Sequence record: DRR723986_2929 | Direction: 5' to 3' (one strand) | DNA: 57,816 nucleotides | Shown here: one piece after another, positions 26,787-37,646 of the stretch | How positions within the stretch are numbered: the stretch's first letter is position 1 | How the letters are laid out: each line of letters starts with the position of its first letter | The notes under the pieces: model-generated | Seen by the model: the letters and a program-made list of their open reading frames with translations, nothing else | Told to the model about the DNA's origin: nothing | Database searches by the model: none | Program-made: the position numbers and the translations under genes

Positions 26787-28517
26787 CTACTCCTCGACAG
26801 TGATGTCCGTCAATTCGGAAGCATATCTATCATGGTCAACCGATGTTTCCACTCTCAACGTGTCGATGTGAGCCATTTCCTGTCGGAATGAAGCTTCATA
26901 GGTCGTTGTCAACCCAGCTGGAAAATAGACGTCCCCTGATGGTTTCATTTCCAGAACGCTGGAGTTTGCATTAACGCTGCTTCCATCAGCCAAAGTTGCT
27001 TTGGGCCGATAAATGTTAAACCGGACGCCTTCATCCGTCGGATTTTCGATATCGAATGTGCAGGTCGGATTGATGGGATTTCGACAGCCAAGAAAGACAA
27101 ATTTGAGCGGGCCGACATCAAAAATATCATCTGGCGAAGCAGCCTGATCATAACGCGGCGTTCTTACCGCCGGGGGCGTCTCCCCGATCATGACATTTCG
27201 GAATTCCCGCTCATAGGAATCATAGTCCAGCCGCAATTGTGGCCAGAAGGACTGGAACATTTCGGCTTCGCGATTGAAGGAAACCTCCCAGGTGAACGCA
27301 ACTCCTTGTGGAGCGTTTGATTCATTCTTGCCTTCCAAGCTGAGCAAAGATTTTGCGGCAGTGACCCTGACGCCCTGACTATTATAGGCAATGATGCCGT
27401 CGCTCACATTCACATTCACATTGTCGGTTCCGGTATTCATCATGTCGAACCGGCAAATGGGGGCATCGGGATTGGAGCATCCCAGGAAATGTACTTGCAG
27501 GCCGTTGACCTCATATGCGTATTCCGGGTGAGCAGGATCAACCGGGCGCATGGTCTTGATCTCGACCTGCTTACCACCACGAACCGCAATGTCGCGAAAC
27601 TCCTTCTTGTAATCGACACCGCCAACCGAGAAGCGGAAGCGAAGCAGCTGGTAAATATTCACCGCGCGCCGAAAAGTGATTTCGATCTGCGTCGTTTCCA
27701 GTGACGGAACGGTCCAGTAGTCGTTCGAATTGGCTAAGATCTTCTTCCGGTTGCCTTCCGTCCATCGGCCAAACTCATCAACCCCCCACTGCTCGCCAAG
27801 CCTGAGGTAGACCGGATCCGGTGTCGGGTTCATCACCGAAAAGACGCAGCGCGGCGTTTCGGGCTGGTCACAGCCCTGGAATTCAAACTGCAGGCCACCG
27901 AATTCGAAGCTCGCCCGCGGGATGGCTTTTACCTCATTCTTCGCGGCGGTGGCCGCCTTCAGTTTCTGGATGCGTGTCTGCAGCACCTGATTGTCGGGAT
28001 CGAGCTCCAACGCCTTCTCATAGGCAGCCAGCGCCTTGGCTGCATCGGACGGGACGAGAATGTCGCCAGCGCTGCGCAGCAATTCCGCCCGGCTTTTCGC
28101 GGGGACTGTATCGTTCGCCTCAGCCGGCGCCCCGGCGCTGGTGACGATGTTCTCTGCAGCTGCTTCCGCGTCTCCGGAAACCGCGAGGAATTTCGCGTCA
28201 TTCAGTGCCGGATCGTCCGATGTCAGCAATTTGGTGAGCGCAGCTTCATATTGCACCTGCTCGTCCTGAGAGACTTCGTCGCCACGGGCCTGCGCCTTAC
28301 CGATCGCGTCAGCAACCGAGGCGGCCACAACCGTCGCAATCCGCTCCTCACTCAGCTGGAACTGTTCTTTGATATCGCTTCTTGTCGCTACTTGCTGGTC
28401 GGGAAAAAGCCGTGCCTGAATCTCGTCATTCAGGAAGACATAGATACCGACGGCCCCGCTGATGACACTAATGGCGCCCGCGATGAGCTTAGTGTGTGAA
28501 CCTTTTTTTTCTGACAT
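26787..28517 (-). CDS. Membrane-anchored hypothetical protein: N-terminal TM, TPR, three ~131-aa Cys-pair beta repeats
   Basis: Hydrophobic LIAGAISVISGAVGIYVF; ALAAYEKALELDPDN; GCxxPxxPxCxFxxxN three times. Confidence 0.8.
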   Translation of the reverse strand: MSEKKGSHTKLIAGAISVISGAVGIYVFLNDEIQARLFPDQQVATRSDIKEQFQLSEERIATVVAASVADAIGKAQARGDEVSQDEQVQYEAALTKLLTSDDPALNDAKFLAVSGDAEAAAENIVTSAGAPAEANDTVPAKSRAELLRSAGDILVPSDAAKALAAYEKALELDPDNQVLQTRIQKLKAATAAKNEVKAIPRASFEFGGLQFEFQGCDQPETPRCVFSVMNPTPDPVYLRLGEQWGVDEFGRWTEGNRKKILANSNDYWTVPSLETTQIEITFRRAVNIYQLLRFRFSVGGVDYKKEFRDIAVRGGKQVEIKTMRPVDPAHPEYAYEVNGLQVHFLGCSNPDAPICRFDMMNTGTDNVNVNVSDGIIAYNSQGVRVTAAKSLLSLEGKNESNAPQGVAFTWEVSFNREAEMFQSFWPQLRLDYDSYEREFRNVMIGETPPAVRTPRYDQAASPDDIFDVGPLKFVFLGCRNPINPTCTFDIENPTDEGVRFNIYRPKATLADGSSVNANSSVLEMKPSGDVYFPAGLTTTYEASFRQEMAHIDTLRVETSVDHDRYASELTDITVEE

Positions 28518-28667
28518 CTGAATCCCCACAATCCAAAACGGGAACTGCAGCGCATGCGGCGTAAGATGGCTAGTTTTTTCGTCGCGTCAGATCGATCGCA
28601 AAGGAACTGGTGTGATCAAAAAACCACACCGTGGAGTGAGAAAACCTTTGAGGGAAAAACGCGCTGC

Positions 28668-30296
28668 TTAGCCGACCCTCGCCCAGGCATCGAGGCTATC
28701 GCCCATCATCAGGATGTCAGCCAGCGTTGCGACAAGCGCACGGGGGCGGATCGGCTTTTCGATCATGGCGATGAAGCCGGCTGCCTTGCAAGCCGTACGG
28801 CGGGCATCGGTCAGGTCCGCCGTCACGGCCAATACCGGGATTTCCGAGTTCGGCCCCGGCGTGGTCCGCACGGTACGCAGGATCATGTCCCCGCTTTCGT
28901 CCGGCAGGTGAATGTCGGTCAGGATCGCCTGATACCCGACATCGAACACATATTCCCGGGACGCCGAAGCATTTGGAGCGTGGTCAACATCCCAACCGGC
29001 TGCGCGCAGTGCTTCAGTGATCACCAGAGCGCTCGCCGCGTGATCCTCGATCACCAGGATCCGACCCAGATCGAACTTGCCCATTTGAGGACGGATGGTT
29101 TTCTCTGGTGCGGGGCTGGCAACGAGGCGCGGCCCGGCTTTGCGGACTGGGATGTCCACCATGAAGACGCTGCCACCGTCAGGATTGTCGGCCAGCGTGA
29201 TCTCGCCACCCATGGCTCTCGCCAGGGATTTCGCAATCGCGAGGCCGAGGCCGGATCCGCCATGCGTATGCACGGTCGTAGCGCTCGCCTGTTCGAACGC
29301 CTCAAACAGGCGCGCCTTGTCTTCATCCGAGATACCGCATCCGGTATCCGATACACTCATCCGTAAACGGAGCGAAGATTCGTCACGCCATGTCGCGAGC
29401 GATACATCGACATGGCCATGCTCTGTGAATTTCAGCGCATTGCTGAGCAGGTTGAACAGGATCTGGCGCAGCCGCAGGGCGTCGGCCTCGATCCGCGGCG
29501 TCCCGTCTTCGACATGGATGCGCAGGGCGACCCGCTTGCCTTCGGTGCGCGGCTGCCAGACATCGCGGGCCTCGGCGGCAAACTCATCCAGATCGAAAGG
29601 CGCGGCGCGCAATGGCATCTTGCCGGCTTCGAGACGCGACAGGTCCAGCAGGTCGTTCAACAGGCGCTCAAGGTGGTGGCCGCTTTCTGAAATCGTGCGC
29701 GCGAGGCGTTTCGGCTCACCGCCGGACACACTGTCCTGCAGCAGATCTGCGACGCCCAGAATACCGGTCAGCGGCGTGCGGATTTCATGTCCCAGGAAAG
29801 CAAGGAAATCGGCCTTCTCACGGGCAGCGGAATTCAGCTTGGCCTTGGCAGCCTCCATCCGCCGGGCTGCCTGGCCCAGCGTGCGGGCACGCATGGCATT
29901 TTCCTTCGCGATCGTTGCGCTCAGGGCCGCCGGGCTGACAAGGCCGAGATAGGCGCCTTCCCGCATGACGAGCAGGCCTTCACTGAGGGCTGCCGGACTT
30001 TTCGTGGCCGCTGTCCCGGCAGCGAGACCTGCGGGCATGTTTGCTTCGACGACGAGCGGAGACTCGGATGCCAACATCGATACCGGCTGGGATGCCCAGA
30101 CCATGCGCCCTTCAGGGCCAACCATGGCCTCGGTCACAGCACCGCGTGTCACGAGAGAAAACGCGCCATCTTCGTCCTGCAACGGCAGGGCAAACAGCGA
30201 CGTATCGGACAGGAAGAGGCTCAGCGCCGCGGCACAATTGGTATCCGCCGCAACCGGCGGGATCGGCAAAGAAATGTCTTCGACGCGCGCGAGCAT
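28668..30296 (-). CDS. Soluble hybrid histidine kinase (degenerate CBS pair, HisKA, HATPase, REC)
   Basis: HEIRTP, NLLSNALKFT, DTGCGI, GGSGLGL, REC (IEDH, TDIHLP, TAD, KP); no TM segment; start is GTG/ATG at about 30296. Confidence 0.9.
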   Translation of the reverse strand: MLARVEDISLPIPPVAADTNCAAALSLFLSDTSLFALPLQDEDGAFSLVTRGAVTEAMVGPEGRMVWASQPVSMLASESPLVVEANMPAGLAAGTAATKSPAALSEGLLVMREGAYLGLVSPAALSATIAKENAMRARTLGQAARRMEAAKAKLNSAAREKADFLAFLGHEIRTPLTGILGVADLLQDSVSGGEPKRLARTISESGHHLERLLNDLLDLSRLEAGKMPLRAAPFDLDEFAAEARDVWQPRTEGKRVALRIHVEDGTPRIEADALRLRQILFNLLSNALKFTEHGHVDVSLATWRDESSLRLRMSVSDTGCGISDEDKARLFEAFEQASATTVHTHGGSGLGLAIAKSLARAMGGEITLADNPDGGSVFMVDIPVRKAGPRLVASPAPEKTIRPQMGKFDLGRILVIEDHAASALVITEALRAAGWDVDHAPNASASREYVFDVGYQAILTDIHLPDESGDMILRTVRTTPGPNSEIPVLAVTADLTDARRTACKAAGFIAMIEKPIRPRALVATLADILMMGDSLDAWARVG

Positions 30297-30347
30297 CCGG
30301 GCGGTCTCTCTTCAGTCAAAAGGAAGAGAAATAATCGCCCGGAATTG

Positions 30348-30385
30348 TTGAGAGGCCGCTAACTTTTGGTTACCGGCGAGTTAAC
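30348..30385. promoter_or_regulatory. Phased CtrA-like half-sites
   Basis: TTGA-N7-CTAA-N7-TTAC-N7-TTAAC. Confidence 0.55.
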
Positions 30386-30404
30386 CGCTTGCGCCCGGAA
30401 GGGA

Positions 30405-31013
30405 TCAGACAATCTCGCTGTGATGGCTGACAATCTTGTGGACGAGGCCGTAATCGACCGCTTCCTGCGCGCTCATCCAGAAGTCCCGGTCGGTGTCTTC
30501 CTTGATTTTCTCCAGCGATTTGCCGGTCGCAGCCGCGAAGATCTTGTTCAGGCGCTCGCGCATCTTGATGATTTCGCGGGCCTGGATTTCCACGTCCGTT
30601 GCCTGACCTCCGACGCCGCCGCGCGGTTCATGAAGCAGGAAGCGGGTGTTCGGCAGGGCGTAGCGGTTTTCCTTTGCCGCAGCGGCATAAATCAGCGCGC
30701 CGGCAGAGGCACACCAGCCCGTACCGAGGATTTTCACCGGCGCCGGCACGAATTTGATCATGTCGTGGATCATGTCGCCGGATTCGACATGACCGCCGGG
30801 CGAGGACAGGACCAGCAGGATGGGCTTGTCATTCTCGGACGAGAGGGCCAGCAGGCGCTCGCACACGCGGCGGGCCTGCAGGAAGTCGATTCCGCCCGTC
30901 AGCAGGATCGTGCGGGCCTTGAACAGCGCTTCCTCAAGGAAGGCATTCGGCTCTGTGGCCTTTTTCTCGTCATTCTCGTCGTCGAGGCGCGGCTCGCGGG
31001 AAGAATAGTCCAT
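30405..31013 (-). CDS. clpP: ClpP-family protease subunit (paralogue)
   Basis: SSPGG, ASAG catalytic Ser, LHEP His, DTDRDFWMSAQEAVDYGLV. Confidence 0.9.
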   Translation of the reverse strand: MDYSSREPRLDDENDEKKATEPNAFLEEALFKARTILLTGGIDFLQARRVCERLLALSSENDKPILLVLSSPGGHVESGDMIHDMIKFVPAPVKILGTGWCASAGALIYAAAAKENRYALPNTRFLLHEPRGGVGGQATDVEIQAREIIKMRERLNKIFAAATGKSLEKIKEDTDRDFWMSAQEAVDYGLVHKIVSHHSEIV

Positions 31014-31106
31014 GATGTCTCCGGTTCGCGGGGATTCTTACGGAGTCATAGGTGCGGTGCCCCGGCGCCCGGGTCAAGGGCGGGGATGCGCTGTTCCACA
31101 GGGGGA

Positions 31107-32939
31107 TTACGCCGCTTCCGCGACGATTCTCGCGACATCCTCGGCGTATCGCTGGGCTTTTTTCTCGCCGACGCCGCTTATGTCGCGCAGCGCTCCAGCG
31201 TCCGCGGGGCGCTCGCGGGCGATTTCGGCGAGGGTACGGTCGTGGAAAATGACATAGGGCGGCACGCCGCGCGCCTTGGCTGTTTCAGTGCGCCAGAGGC
31301 GCAGGGCATCGAACAGGACCTGATCGCGCTCTGAGAGGTTATCCTGCACCCCAGCACGAGCCACCCGGCCCGTCTTGCGGCGGCGTGCGGCAACAGGATC
31401 GGCCCGCAGGAACAGCGTCCGCTCACCCTTGAACAAGGCCCGGGCCGCGTCGCCATCCGGCACCATGACGATGGGGCGCATCGCATCGCCGCCTTCGGCC
31501 AACATGCCATCATAGAGCAGCGCATCGAATATCCGGTTCCAGCCCTGCTTCGGCAGCTCCGCCCCGATACCGAAGGTGGACTGCGCCGAGAGCTCCTCAT
31601 CGAGGGCATCCTTCGCCTGCCCCAGCAGGTGCTGGATCAGGCGGCCCCGGCCCACGCGTTGGCCGCAGCGCAGCACGGCGGACACGGCCATCTGCGCCCA
31701 GCGGGTCGCGTCATGACTTTCCCCGCCCTCGCCCCGGCAGATGTCACACGTCCCGCACGTTTCGGAGGTCTCCTCTCCGAAATAGCGGCGCACGGCCAGG
31801 CGGCGGCATTCATCGCCATCGAAGAAGGCGAACAGCTGGCGTGTCTTGGTGATCTGGACGCGCTTCACCTCGTCCGGTGCATCACTCTCATAGGTCCAGC
31901 TGAGTGAGCGGCGCATGTCTGCCGGGCCATAAAGCGCGATGCCCTCGGCGGGTTCGCCGTCGCGCCCTGCCCGGCCGACTTCCTGCCAATAGGCTTCCAT
32001 CGTCTTCGGCGGGTCGGCATGGATGACGAAACGCACATCCGGCTTGTCGACGCCCATGCCGAAGGCGACCGTGGCGCACATGGTGAGGCCGTCCTCCAGC
32101 AGGAACCGCCGCTGGCGCTCGCCCCGGACGCCCGCGTCGAGCCCGGCATGATAGGCCAGCGCAGGCACACCGGCTTTCTCAAGTGCCTCGGCCAGATCTT
32201 CGGTGGCGTTGCGTGTGGCGCAGTAGACGATGCCGGAGAGGCCCGGCCGCGCCTTCACAAGAGAGACAACCCGCTGCGTGCGGTTGCCCTCTTTCGGCTC
32301 TGCAGCGAGGGCCAGATTTGGCCGGTCGAAACTTGCAACGTGGACGGACGGCTTCGTCAGGTTGAGCTGGGCGAGGATGTCATCCCGCGTGCGGGCATCT
32401 GCCGTCGCGGTGACGGCAAGGCGCGGCACGCCGGGGAAGAGATCCTTCAGCCGGCCAAGCGCGCGGTAATCCGGCCGGAAGTCATGCCCCCACTGGCTGA
32501 CACAGTGCGTCTCGTCCACCGCGATGATGGAGATGTTCATCTTCGCCAGCCGGTCCGCGAGGCCTGTGCCGAGCGCTTCGGGTGACACGTACAGCAGATC
32601 CATCTCACCACGCTGGGCGGCGTCCAGCGCATCCGCGCGCGCGGAGAAGTCCATCGAGCTGTCGAGCCGTTCGGCCCGCACGCCGGCCTGCTTCAGCGCG
32701 TCCACCTGATCGGCCATCAGGGCGATCAGCGGCGACACGACGAGGCCGACGCCCGGGCGCAGCAGTGCCGGGATCTGGTAGCAGAGCGACTTGCCGCCGC
32801 CGGTCGGCAGCACGGCCAGCGCATCACGCCCGGCCAGCGCATCGGCGATCACATCCTCCTGCAGGCCCCGGAACGCCTCATAGCCGTAGACGCGCTTCAG
32901 CAGGTCGCGGGCATCGTCAAGAGTCGGAGCAGCAGGCAT
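31107..32939 (-). CDS. recQ: ATP-dependent DNA helicase RecQ
   Basis: [36 protein letters not shown], Zn-binding Cys, HRDC domain ([11 protein letters not shown]). Confidence 0.95.
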   Translation of the reverse strand: MPAAPTLDDARDLLKRVYGYEAFRGLQEDVIADALAGRDALAVLPTGGGKSLCYQIPALLRPGVGLVVSPLIALMADQVDALKQAGVRAERLDSSMDFSARADALDAAQRGEMDLLYVSPEALGTGLADRLAKMNISIIAVDETHCVSQWGHDFRPDYRALGRLKDLFPGVPRLAVTATADARTRDDILAQLNLTKPSVHVASFDRPNLALAAEPKEGNRTQRVVSLVKARPGLSGIVYCATRNATEDLAEALEKAGVPALAYHAGLDAGVRGERQRRFLLEDGLTMCATVAFGMGVDKPDVRFVIHADPPKTMEAYWQEVGRAGRDGEPAEGIALYGPADMRRSLSWTYESDAPDEVKRVQITKTRQLFAFFDGDECRRLAVRRYFGEETSETCGTCDICRGEGGESHDATRWAQMAVSAVLRCGQRVGRGRLIQHLLGQAKDALDEELSAQSTFGIGAELPKQGWNRIFDALLYDGMLAEGGDAMRPIVMVPDGDAARALFKGERTLFLRADPVAARRRKTGRVARAGVQDNLSERDQVLFDALRLWRTETAKARGVPPYVIFHDRTLAEIARERPADAGALRDISGVGEKKAQRYAEDVARIVAEAA

Positions 32940-33051
32940 GGCGCATGTTGTGGCGGCCCCCGTGAGTCGGGGCAAGTGGGCGGGTGCGCACCGATTTGCT
33001 CTTGCAGGTTGTGCCGCGTTCCCCATCTCTATTCTGGAGGATGAAAAACGG

Positions 33052-33477
33052 ATGGCGGGGGACCCGCACAGACACACCAAATCCGAGGGCCTGAAAAGGC
33101 TGCTGAGGCGCAGGGGCCGTCGCACCAAGCCTCGCGCGAACTCAGGTAAGAAAGTCTACAGCTGGGCTGAATATAGCCAGGTGAACTTCACGCCTACCGA
33201 GCATCAATCGCGGATTGGTTGGATTCTTGTGGGCGCAATGTTCGCCACCTGGTTTGGAATTCTGCTGTTTTTGAACATTGTCGGACGGAACTTCCCCGGC
33301 AGCTATGACACCATTCTATTTTGGCTCATCATTGCCGGTGGCGCTATCGCGGCAATCGCCTTCGTCCTGGGGCTAATGATCTTTCTCTATTCTTCCGCAC
33401 GGACAATTTTCGATTTGCTTGCCGAGTATCGCAAGCGGAAAGCGGCGCAGGACGAAGCCGCGAATCGCGTCAGATAG
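33052..33477 (+). CDS. Hypothetical 2-TM membrane protein
   Basis: Basic N-terminus and two clear hydrophobic segments; fills the gap before the UDG gene. Confidence 0.6.
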   Translation: MAGDPHRHTKSEGLKRLLRRRGRRTKPRANSGKKVYSWAEYSQVNFTPTEHQSRIGWILVGAMFATWFGILLFLNIVGRNFPGSYDTILFWLIIAGGAIAAIAFVLGLMIFLYSSARTIFDLLAEYRKRKAAQDEAANRVR

Positions 33478-33483
33478 TCTCTC

Positions 33484-34140
33484 ATGACAAACACGCCTTA
33501 CCCGCCTGAAGCGCCGAAGGATTGCGCGCTGTGTCCGCGCCTTGTGGAGTATCGCGCGTCCGTCGCCGCGAAGGAGCCAGACTGGTTCAATGGCGCCGTG
33601 CCGAGCTTCGGCGACGAAAAGGCGGAGTTGCTGGTCATTGGCCTCGCGCCGGGGGTGACCGGGGCGAACCGGACGGGGCGGCCATTCACCGGCGATTGGG
33701 CAGGCGACCTGCTCTACGCGACCATCGACAAGTTCGGATTTTCCAAAGGCACCTATGCCGCCGACCCAGGCGACGGCCTCGCCCTCACCGGCGCGATGAT
33801 CACCAATGCGGTGCGCTGCGTGCCGCCGGAGAACAAGCCCGTCGGCGCGGAAATCAATGCCTGCCGCCCCTTCCTGCTTTCCCGGATCGAGGCGCTGCCG
33901 AAGCTGAAAGTCATGCTCTGCCTCGGCAAGATTTCGCACGATTCCACCGTGCGGGCGCTCGGCCTGAAGCTGAAGGATCATCCGTTCGGACACGGAACAA
34001 GGTATGAGGTGCGCGCAGGCGGGCGCGACTATTTGCTGGTCTCGTCCTACCACTGCTCCCGCTATAACACGAACACCGGCCGCCTGACCGCGGAGATGTT
34101 CGAAAACGTGTTTGCGATGGCGCACGAGGCGATCGGCTAG
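33484..34140 (+). CDS. Uracil-DNA glycosylase, family 5-like (Fe-S)
   Basis: CALCPRL, GLAPG..GANRTGRPFTGD, NAVRCVPPENKP, SYHCS.YNTNTG. Confidence 0.92.
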   Translation: MTNTPYPPEAPKDCALCPRLVEYRASVAAKEPDWFNGAVPSFGDEKAELLVIGLAPGVTGANRTGRPFTGDWAGDLLYATIDKFGFSKGTYAADPGDGLALTGAMITNAVRCVPPENKPVGAEINACRPFLLSRIEALPKLKVMLCLGKISHDSTVRALGLKLKDHPFGHGTRYEVRAGGRDYLLVSSYHCSRYNTNTGRLTAEMFENVFAMAHEAIG

Positions 34141-34144
34141 GCCG

Positions 34145-34624
34145 TTACCCCTCTTTGAGGATGCGCGCTTTCTGGCGGGCCCAGTCGCGTTTCGCTTCGA
34201 CGTTCCGTTTGTCGAAGTTCTTGCGGCCGGTGGCGGTACCGATCAGCAGTTTCGCGATGCCGCGGTCGTTGAAATAGAATTTCAGCGGCACGATGGTCCG
34301 CCCGGCCCGCTCAACTTCCTGCGAAAGCTTCGACAGTTCCCGGCGCGAGACGAGCAGTTTCCGCTTGCGGCGCGGCTCGTGGTTGAACCGATTGGCGCCC
34401 TTGTAGGTCTGGATCTCGCAATTGATCAGCCACAGCTCGCCCTGTTCGGGGCTGACATAAGCCTCGGCAATGTTGGCCTTGCCTTCGCGCAGGGATTTCA
34501 CCTCGGAGCCGGTCAGCACGATGCCGGCTTCGAGCGTGTCTTCCACTTCATAGTCGCGGCGGGACCGGCGGTTCTCCGCGATCATCCCGTCGGAGCGGCC
34601 CTTGGTTTGAGTATTCTTGGACAT
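34145..34624 (-). CDS. smpB: SsrA-binding protein
   Basis: [35 protein letters not shown]...KRDW.R. Confidence 0.97.
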   Translation of the reverse strand: MSKNTQTKGRSDGMIAENRRSRRDYEVEDTLEAGIVLTGSEVKSLREGKANIAEAYVSPEQGELWLINCEIQTYKGANRFNHEPRRKRKLLVSRRELSKLSQEVERAGRTIVPLKFYFNDRGIAKLLIGTATGRKNFDKRNVEAKRDWARQKARILKEG

Positions 34625-34633
34625 GGGCCCTAT

Positions 34634-35515
34634 TTAGGCATGAAGCCCGGCAAGCGCCATGGCCGCATCGATCTGCTCGCGCGCGGCGGCGTCCGGCGGG
34701 GTCAGCGGCAGGCGTACGTCCGGTTCACACAGGCCAAGGCGGTGCAGCACATATTTGGCCGGCCCCGGCGAAGGCGAACAGAACATCGACTTGTGCAGAG
34801 CGATCAGGCGGCGTTCGATGGTCTGGGCGGTTTCGAAGTCCCCGGCATTGAACGCTTTGTGCATGGCAGCACAGGCCTCCGGCATGACGTTCGCGGTCAC
34901 AGAGATGCAGCCCGCCCCGCCCATGGCCAGGTGGCCGAGCGCAGAGGGGTCGTCGCCGGAAAGCTGTACGAACTGTTCCCCTTCACCGATCTGGGCCGCG
35001 TGCTGCGAGACGCGCTCCATGTCGCCGGTCGCATCCTTGATGCCGACCACGTTCGGCAAGCGCGCGAGCCGGGCCACTGTAGACGGCTGCAAGTCCACTA
35101 TAGTCCGGCCTGGCACGTTATAGACGATCACAGGCATGGCGACGGCATCGTTGATCGCTTTGAAGTGGGCGTACAGTCCGTCCTGATTTGGGTTATTGTA
35201 ATACGGGCAAACGACCAGCGCCGCGTCTGCCCCGGCGGCCTTGGCGTGGCCGACAAAGTCGATTGCTTCGTCGGTGGAGTTGGAGCCTGCCCCCGCAATC
35301 ACGGGCACGCGGCCTGCAGCAACCTCTACACAAAGCGAGACGACGGCCTTGTGCTCTTCCGTGCTGAGGGTCGAGGTTTCACCGGTTGTCCCGACGGGCA
35401 CCAGCCCCGCCGAGCCCCCGGCAATCTGGCGCTCCACCAGTTCGGCAAACGCCTTCTTGTCCACGGCCCCGTTCTTGAATGGAGTGACCAGCGCTGGGAT
35501 TGAGCCATGAAACAT
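34634..35515 (-). CDS. dapA: 4-hydroxy-tetrahydrodipicolinate synthase
   Basis: [42 protein letters not shown]. Confidence 0.95.
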   Translation of the reverse strand: MFHGSIPALVTPFKNGAVDKKAFAELVERQIAGGSAGLVPVGTTGETSTLSTEEHKAVVSLCVEVAAGRVPVIAGAGSNSTDEAIDFVGHAKAAGADAALVVCPYYNNPNQDGLYAHFKAINDAVAMPVIVYNVPGRTIVDLQPSTVARLARLPNVVGIKDATGDMERVSQHAAQIGEGEQFVQLSGDDPSALGHLAMGGAGCISVTANVMPEACAAMHKAFNAGDFETAQTIERRLIALHKSMFCSPSPGPAKYVLHRLGLCEPDVRLPLTPPDAAAREQIDAAMALAGLHA

Positions 35516-35619
35516 CGTATTCTTGCCGCGATTCAGGTGTTGTTTGGAATGATCCATATATGAATCGCCTCTGCCTTCCCACGCTTTGGCCAATAAATAA
35601 ACACCCGGTGACAACTCAC

Positions 35620-37641
35620 ATGATCCGACCCTTCGCGCTTTCTCTGTTTGCCGCCGTAGCCGTTTCCGGTGCTGCAGCTGCCGGTTTGCCGGAGTCGCCC
35701 AGCCTGAAACCTGATCGGCCTTACATCTCGACCGCAACCGACTCGCGGAACGCTGAGATCCTCCACAAGGCGCTGGACGCGGCCGGCCGGTATCAGTGGA
35801 ATGAGGTCGCCCGTTATCAGGCACAGGCCACCGATCCTGCCGTGCGCGACCTGATCATGTGGAAACGCGCCAGCGAGGGCGTTCCAGGCATGGGCTTCAA
35901 CGAGGTCAACGATGCCCTGACCCGCCTTCATGACTGGCCAAAAGCCGGAAATATGCGCGCCCGGGCTGAAGAAATCATCGAGCTCTCAACCCTGTCGGCA
36001 GCAGAACGGATCGACTGGCTGAAGAAATCCGGCCCTCGTACCGGCGAAGGCAAAGTGGCGCTGGCCAATGCCCTGCGCGAAGTCGGCATGATGGACGAAG
36101 CCGTCGAAGCTGTCCGCGACGCCTGGCACAACAATTCCATGGACCGCGCGCTGGAGCGCCAGGTGCTGGCTCGGTTCGGTGGCCAATTGACCCAGGCCGA
36201 TCATCAGGCCCGCGTTGAATTCCTGCTCTGGACCAACCAGCGGACCGCGGCCTCGAACCTGAAATCCCTGCTCAGTTCCGACTATCGCAAACTGGTCGAC
36301 GCCCGCATCGCTCTGGCGAGCCGTGGGCGCAACGTCGATGCGCTGGTCAACGCCGTGCCGGAAAGCCTGAAGGACAATCCCGGCCTGCTATATGACCGGG
36401 CCCGCTGGCGCCGGACCCATGGCAACCAGGAAGGCGCCATTCCACTGCTCACCCAGATCGACGGCAAGGATGTGCCTGCCGCCGGCCGTTCGAAACTCTG
36501 GAAAGAGCGCTCCATTGCGATGCGCACCGATCTCAAGGACGGGAACTGGAGCCGTGCTTATCAGCTGGCATCACCGCACGGCATGACATCGGGCAGCGAC
36601 TTTGCAGAAGCTGAATGGGTGTCCGGCTGGATTGCCCTGCGCCTGAAGGGCGAGCCGGAACGCGCGCTGCAACATTTCGAGACGATGTCGGAAGGCGTAT
36701 CGACGCCCATCAGCCTGTCTCGCGGCCAGTACTGGACGGGACGGGCCGAAGATGCCCTCGGCGAAACGGCGCGGGCGCAGCTGGCCTATCTCGACGCAGC
36801 GGCACATAAATTCACTTACTATGGCCAGCTCGCCGCCGAACGCGTCGGCGACCGGCAGATTTTTTTCGAGCCTGCCGCCAAGCCGACAGAGGATGAGGTC
36901 GCGGCGTTCGAAGCCCGCCCGATGGTAAAGGCTCTGCGCCTGCTGGGAGAAGCGGGCGAGACACAGCTGTTCCGCACCTTCGCCTACCATCTGGATGACC
37001 TGTTGGAGACCGAAGCGGACTACATTCAGCTCTCGAACCTCGCCAGCGAATACCATGTGCCCGACATCGGCGTGCGCGGGGCAAAGGCCGGTCTCGCCAA
37101 GGGCATCGTCGCAACAGATGCCGCCTACCCGGTTGTTTCCTATCCGCTGCTGAAGGAGCCGCAGGTCGAGCGTTCGCTGATGCTGGCCCTGTCGCGGCAG
37201 GAAAGCGAGATGAACCCGAATGCCATCTCCTATGTTGGTGCGCGGGGCCTGATGCAGTTCATGCCATCCACCGCTTCGCGTGAGGCGCGGATGAGCGGTC
37301 TGCCCTATCGCAAATCATGGCTGACGGATGATCCGGGCTACAACATGACGTTGGGCGGCCAGCATCTCGACTACCTTCTCAACCGTTTCAATGGCAGCTA
37401 CATCATGACGGCAGCGGCCTACAATGCCGGCCCGACCCGTCCGTCGAGATGGATCTCCGACTATGGCGATCCGCGTACCGGCCAGGTGGACCCAATTGAT
37501 TGGGTGGAGTTCATCCCATTCAGCGAAACGCGCAACTACGTTCAGCGCATCCTGGAGAACACGCAGGTCTACCGCTCTCGCCTCTCAGGCAAGCCGGAAG
37601 AAATCAATATCCAGGAAGACCTGGAACGCGGGAAGGAATAA
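35620..37641 (+). CDS. Slt70-like soluble lytic transglycosylase
   Basis: Signal peptide, helical U domain, [29 protein letters not shown]. Confidence 0.93.
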   Translation: MIRPFALSLFAAVAVSGAAAAGLPESPSLKPDRPYISTATDSRNAEILHKALDAAGRYQWNEVARYQAQATDPAVRDLIMWKRASEGVPGMGFNEVNDALTRLHDWPKAGNMRARAEEIIELSTLSAAERIDWLKKSGPRTGEGKVALANALREVGMMDEAVEAVRDAWHNNSMDRALERQVLARFGGQLTQADHQARVEFLLWTNQRTAASNLKSLLSSDYRKLVDARIALASRGRNVDALVNAVPESLKDNPGLLYDRARWRRTHGNQEGAIPLLTQIDGKDVPAAGRSKLWKERSIAMRTDLKDGNWSRAYQLASPHGMTSGSDFAEAEWVSGWIALRLKGEPERALQHFETMSEGVSTPISLSRGQYWTGRAEDALGETARAQLAYLDAAAHKFTYYGQLAAERVGDRQIFFEPAAKPTEDEVAAFEARPMVKALRLLGEAGETQLFRTFAYHLDDLLETEADYIQLSNLASEYHVPDIGVRGAKAGLAKGIVATDAAYPVVSYPLLKEPQVERSLMLALSRQESEMNPNAISYVGARGLMQFMPSTASREARMSGLPYRKSWLTDDPGYNMTLGGQHLDYLLNRFNGSYIMTAAAYNAGPTRPSRWISDYGDPRTGQVDPIDWVEFIPFSETRNYVQRILENTQVYRSRLSGKPEEINIQEDLERGKE

Positions 37642-37646
37642 GCGCC

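Noticed and set aside
28530..28667. Searched for an attR copy of the tRNA 3' end and for GGAAC-type ECF promoters
   Set aside because: No convincing direct repeat; the GGAAC to CGT spacings (14 and 22 nt) do not fit.
32505..32520. RecQ motif II reads DETH rather than DEAH
   Set aside because: Still DExH, and all other helicase motifs are intact.
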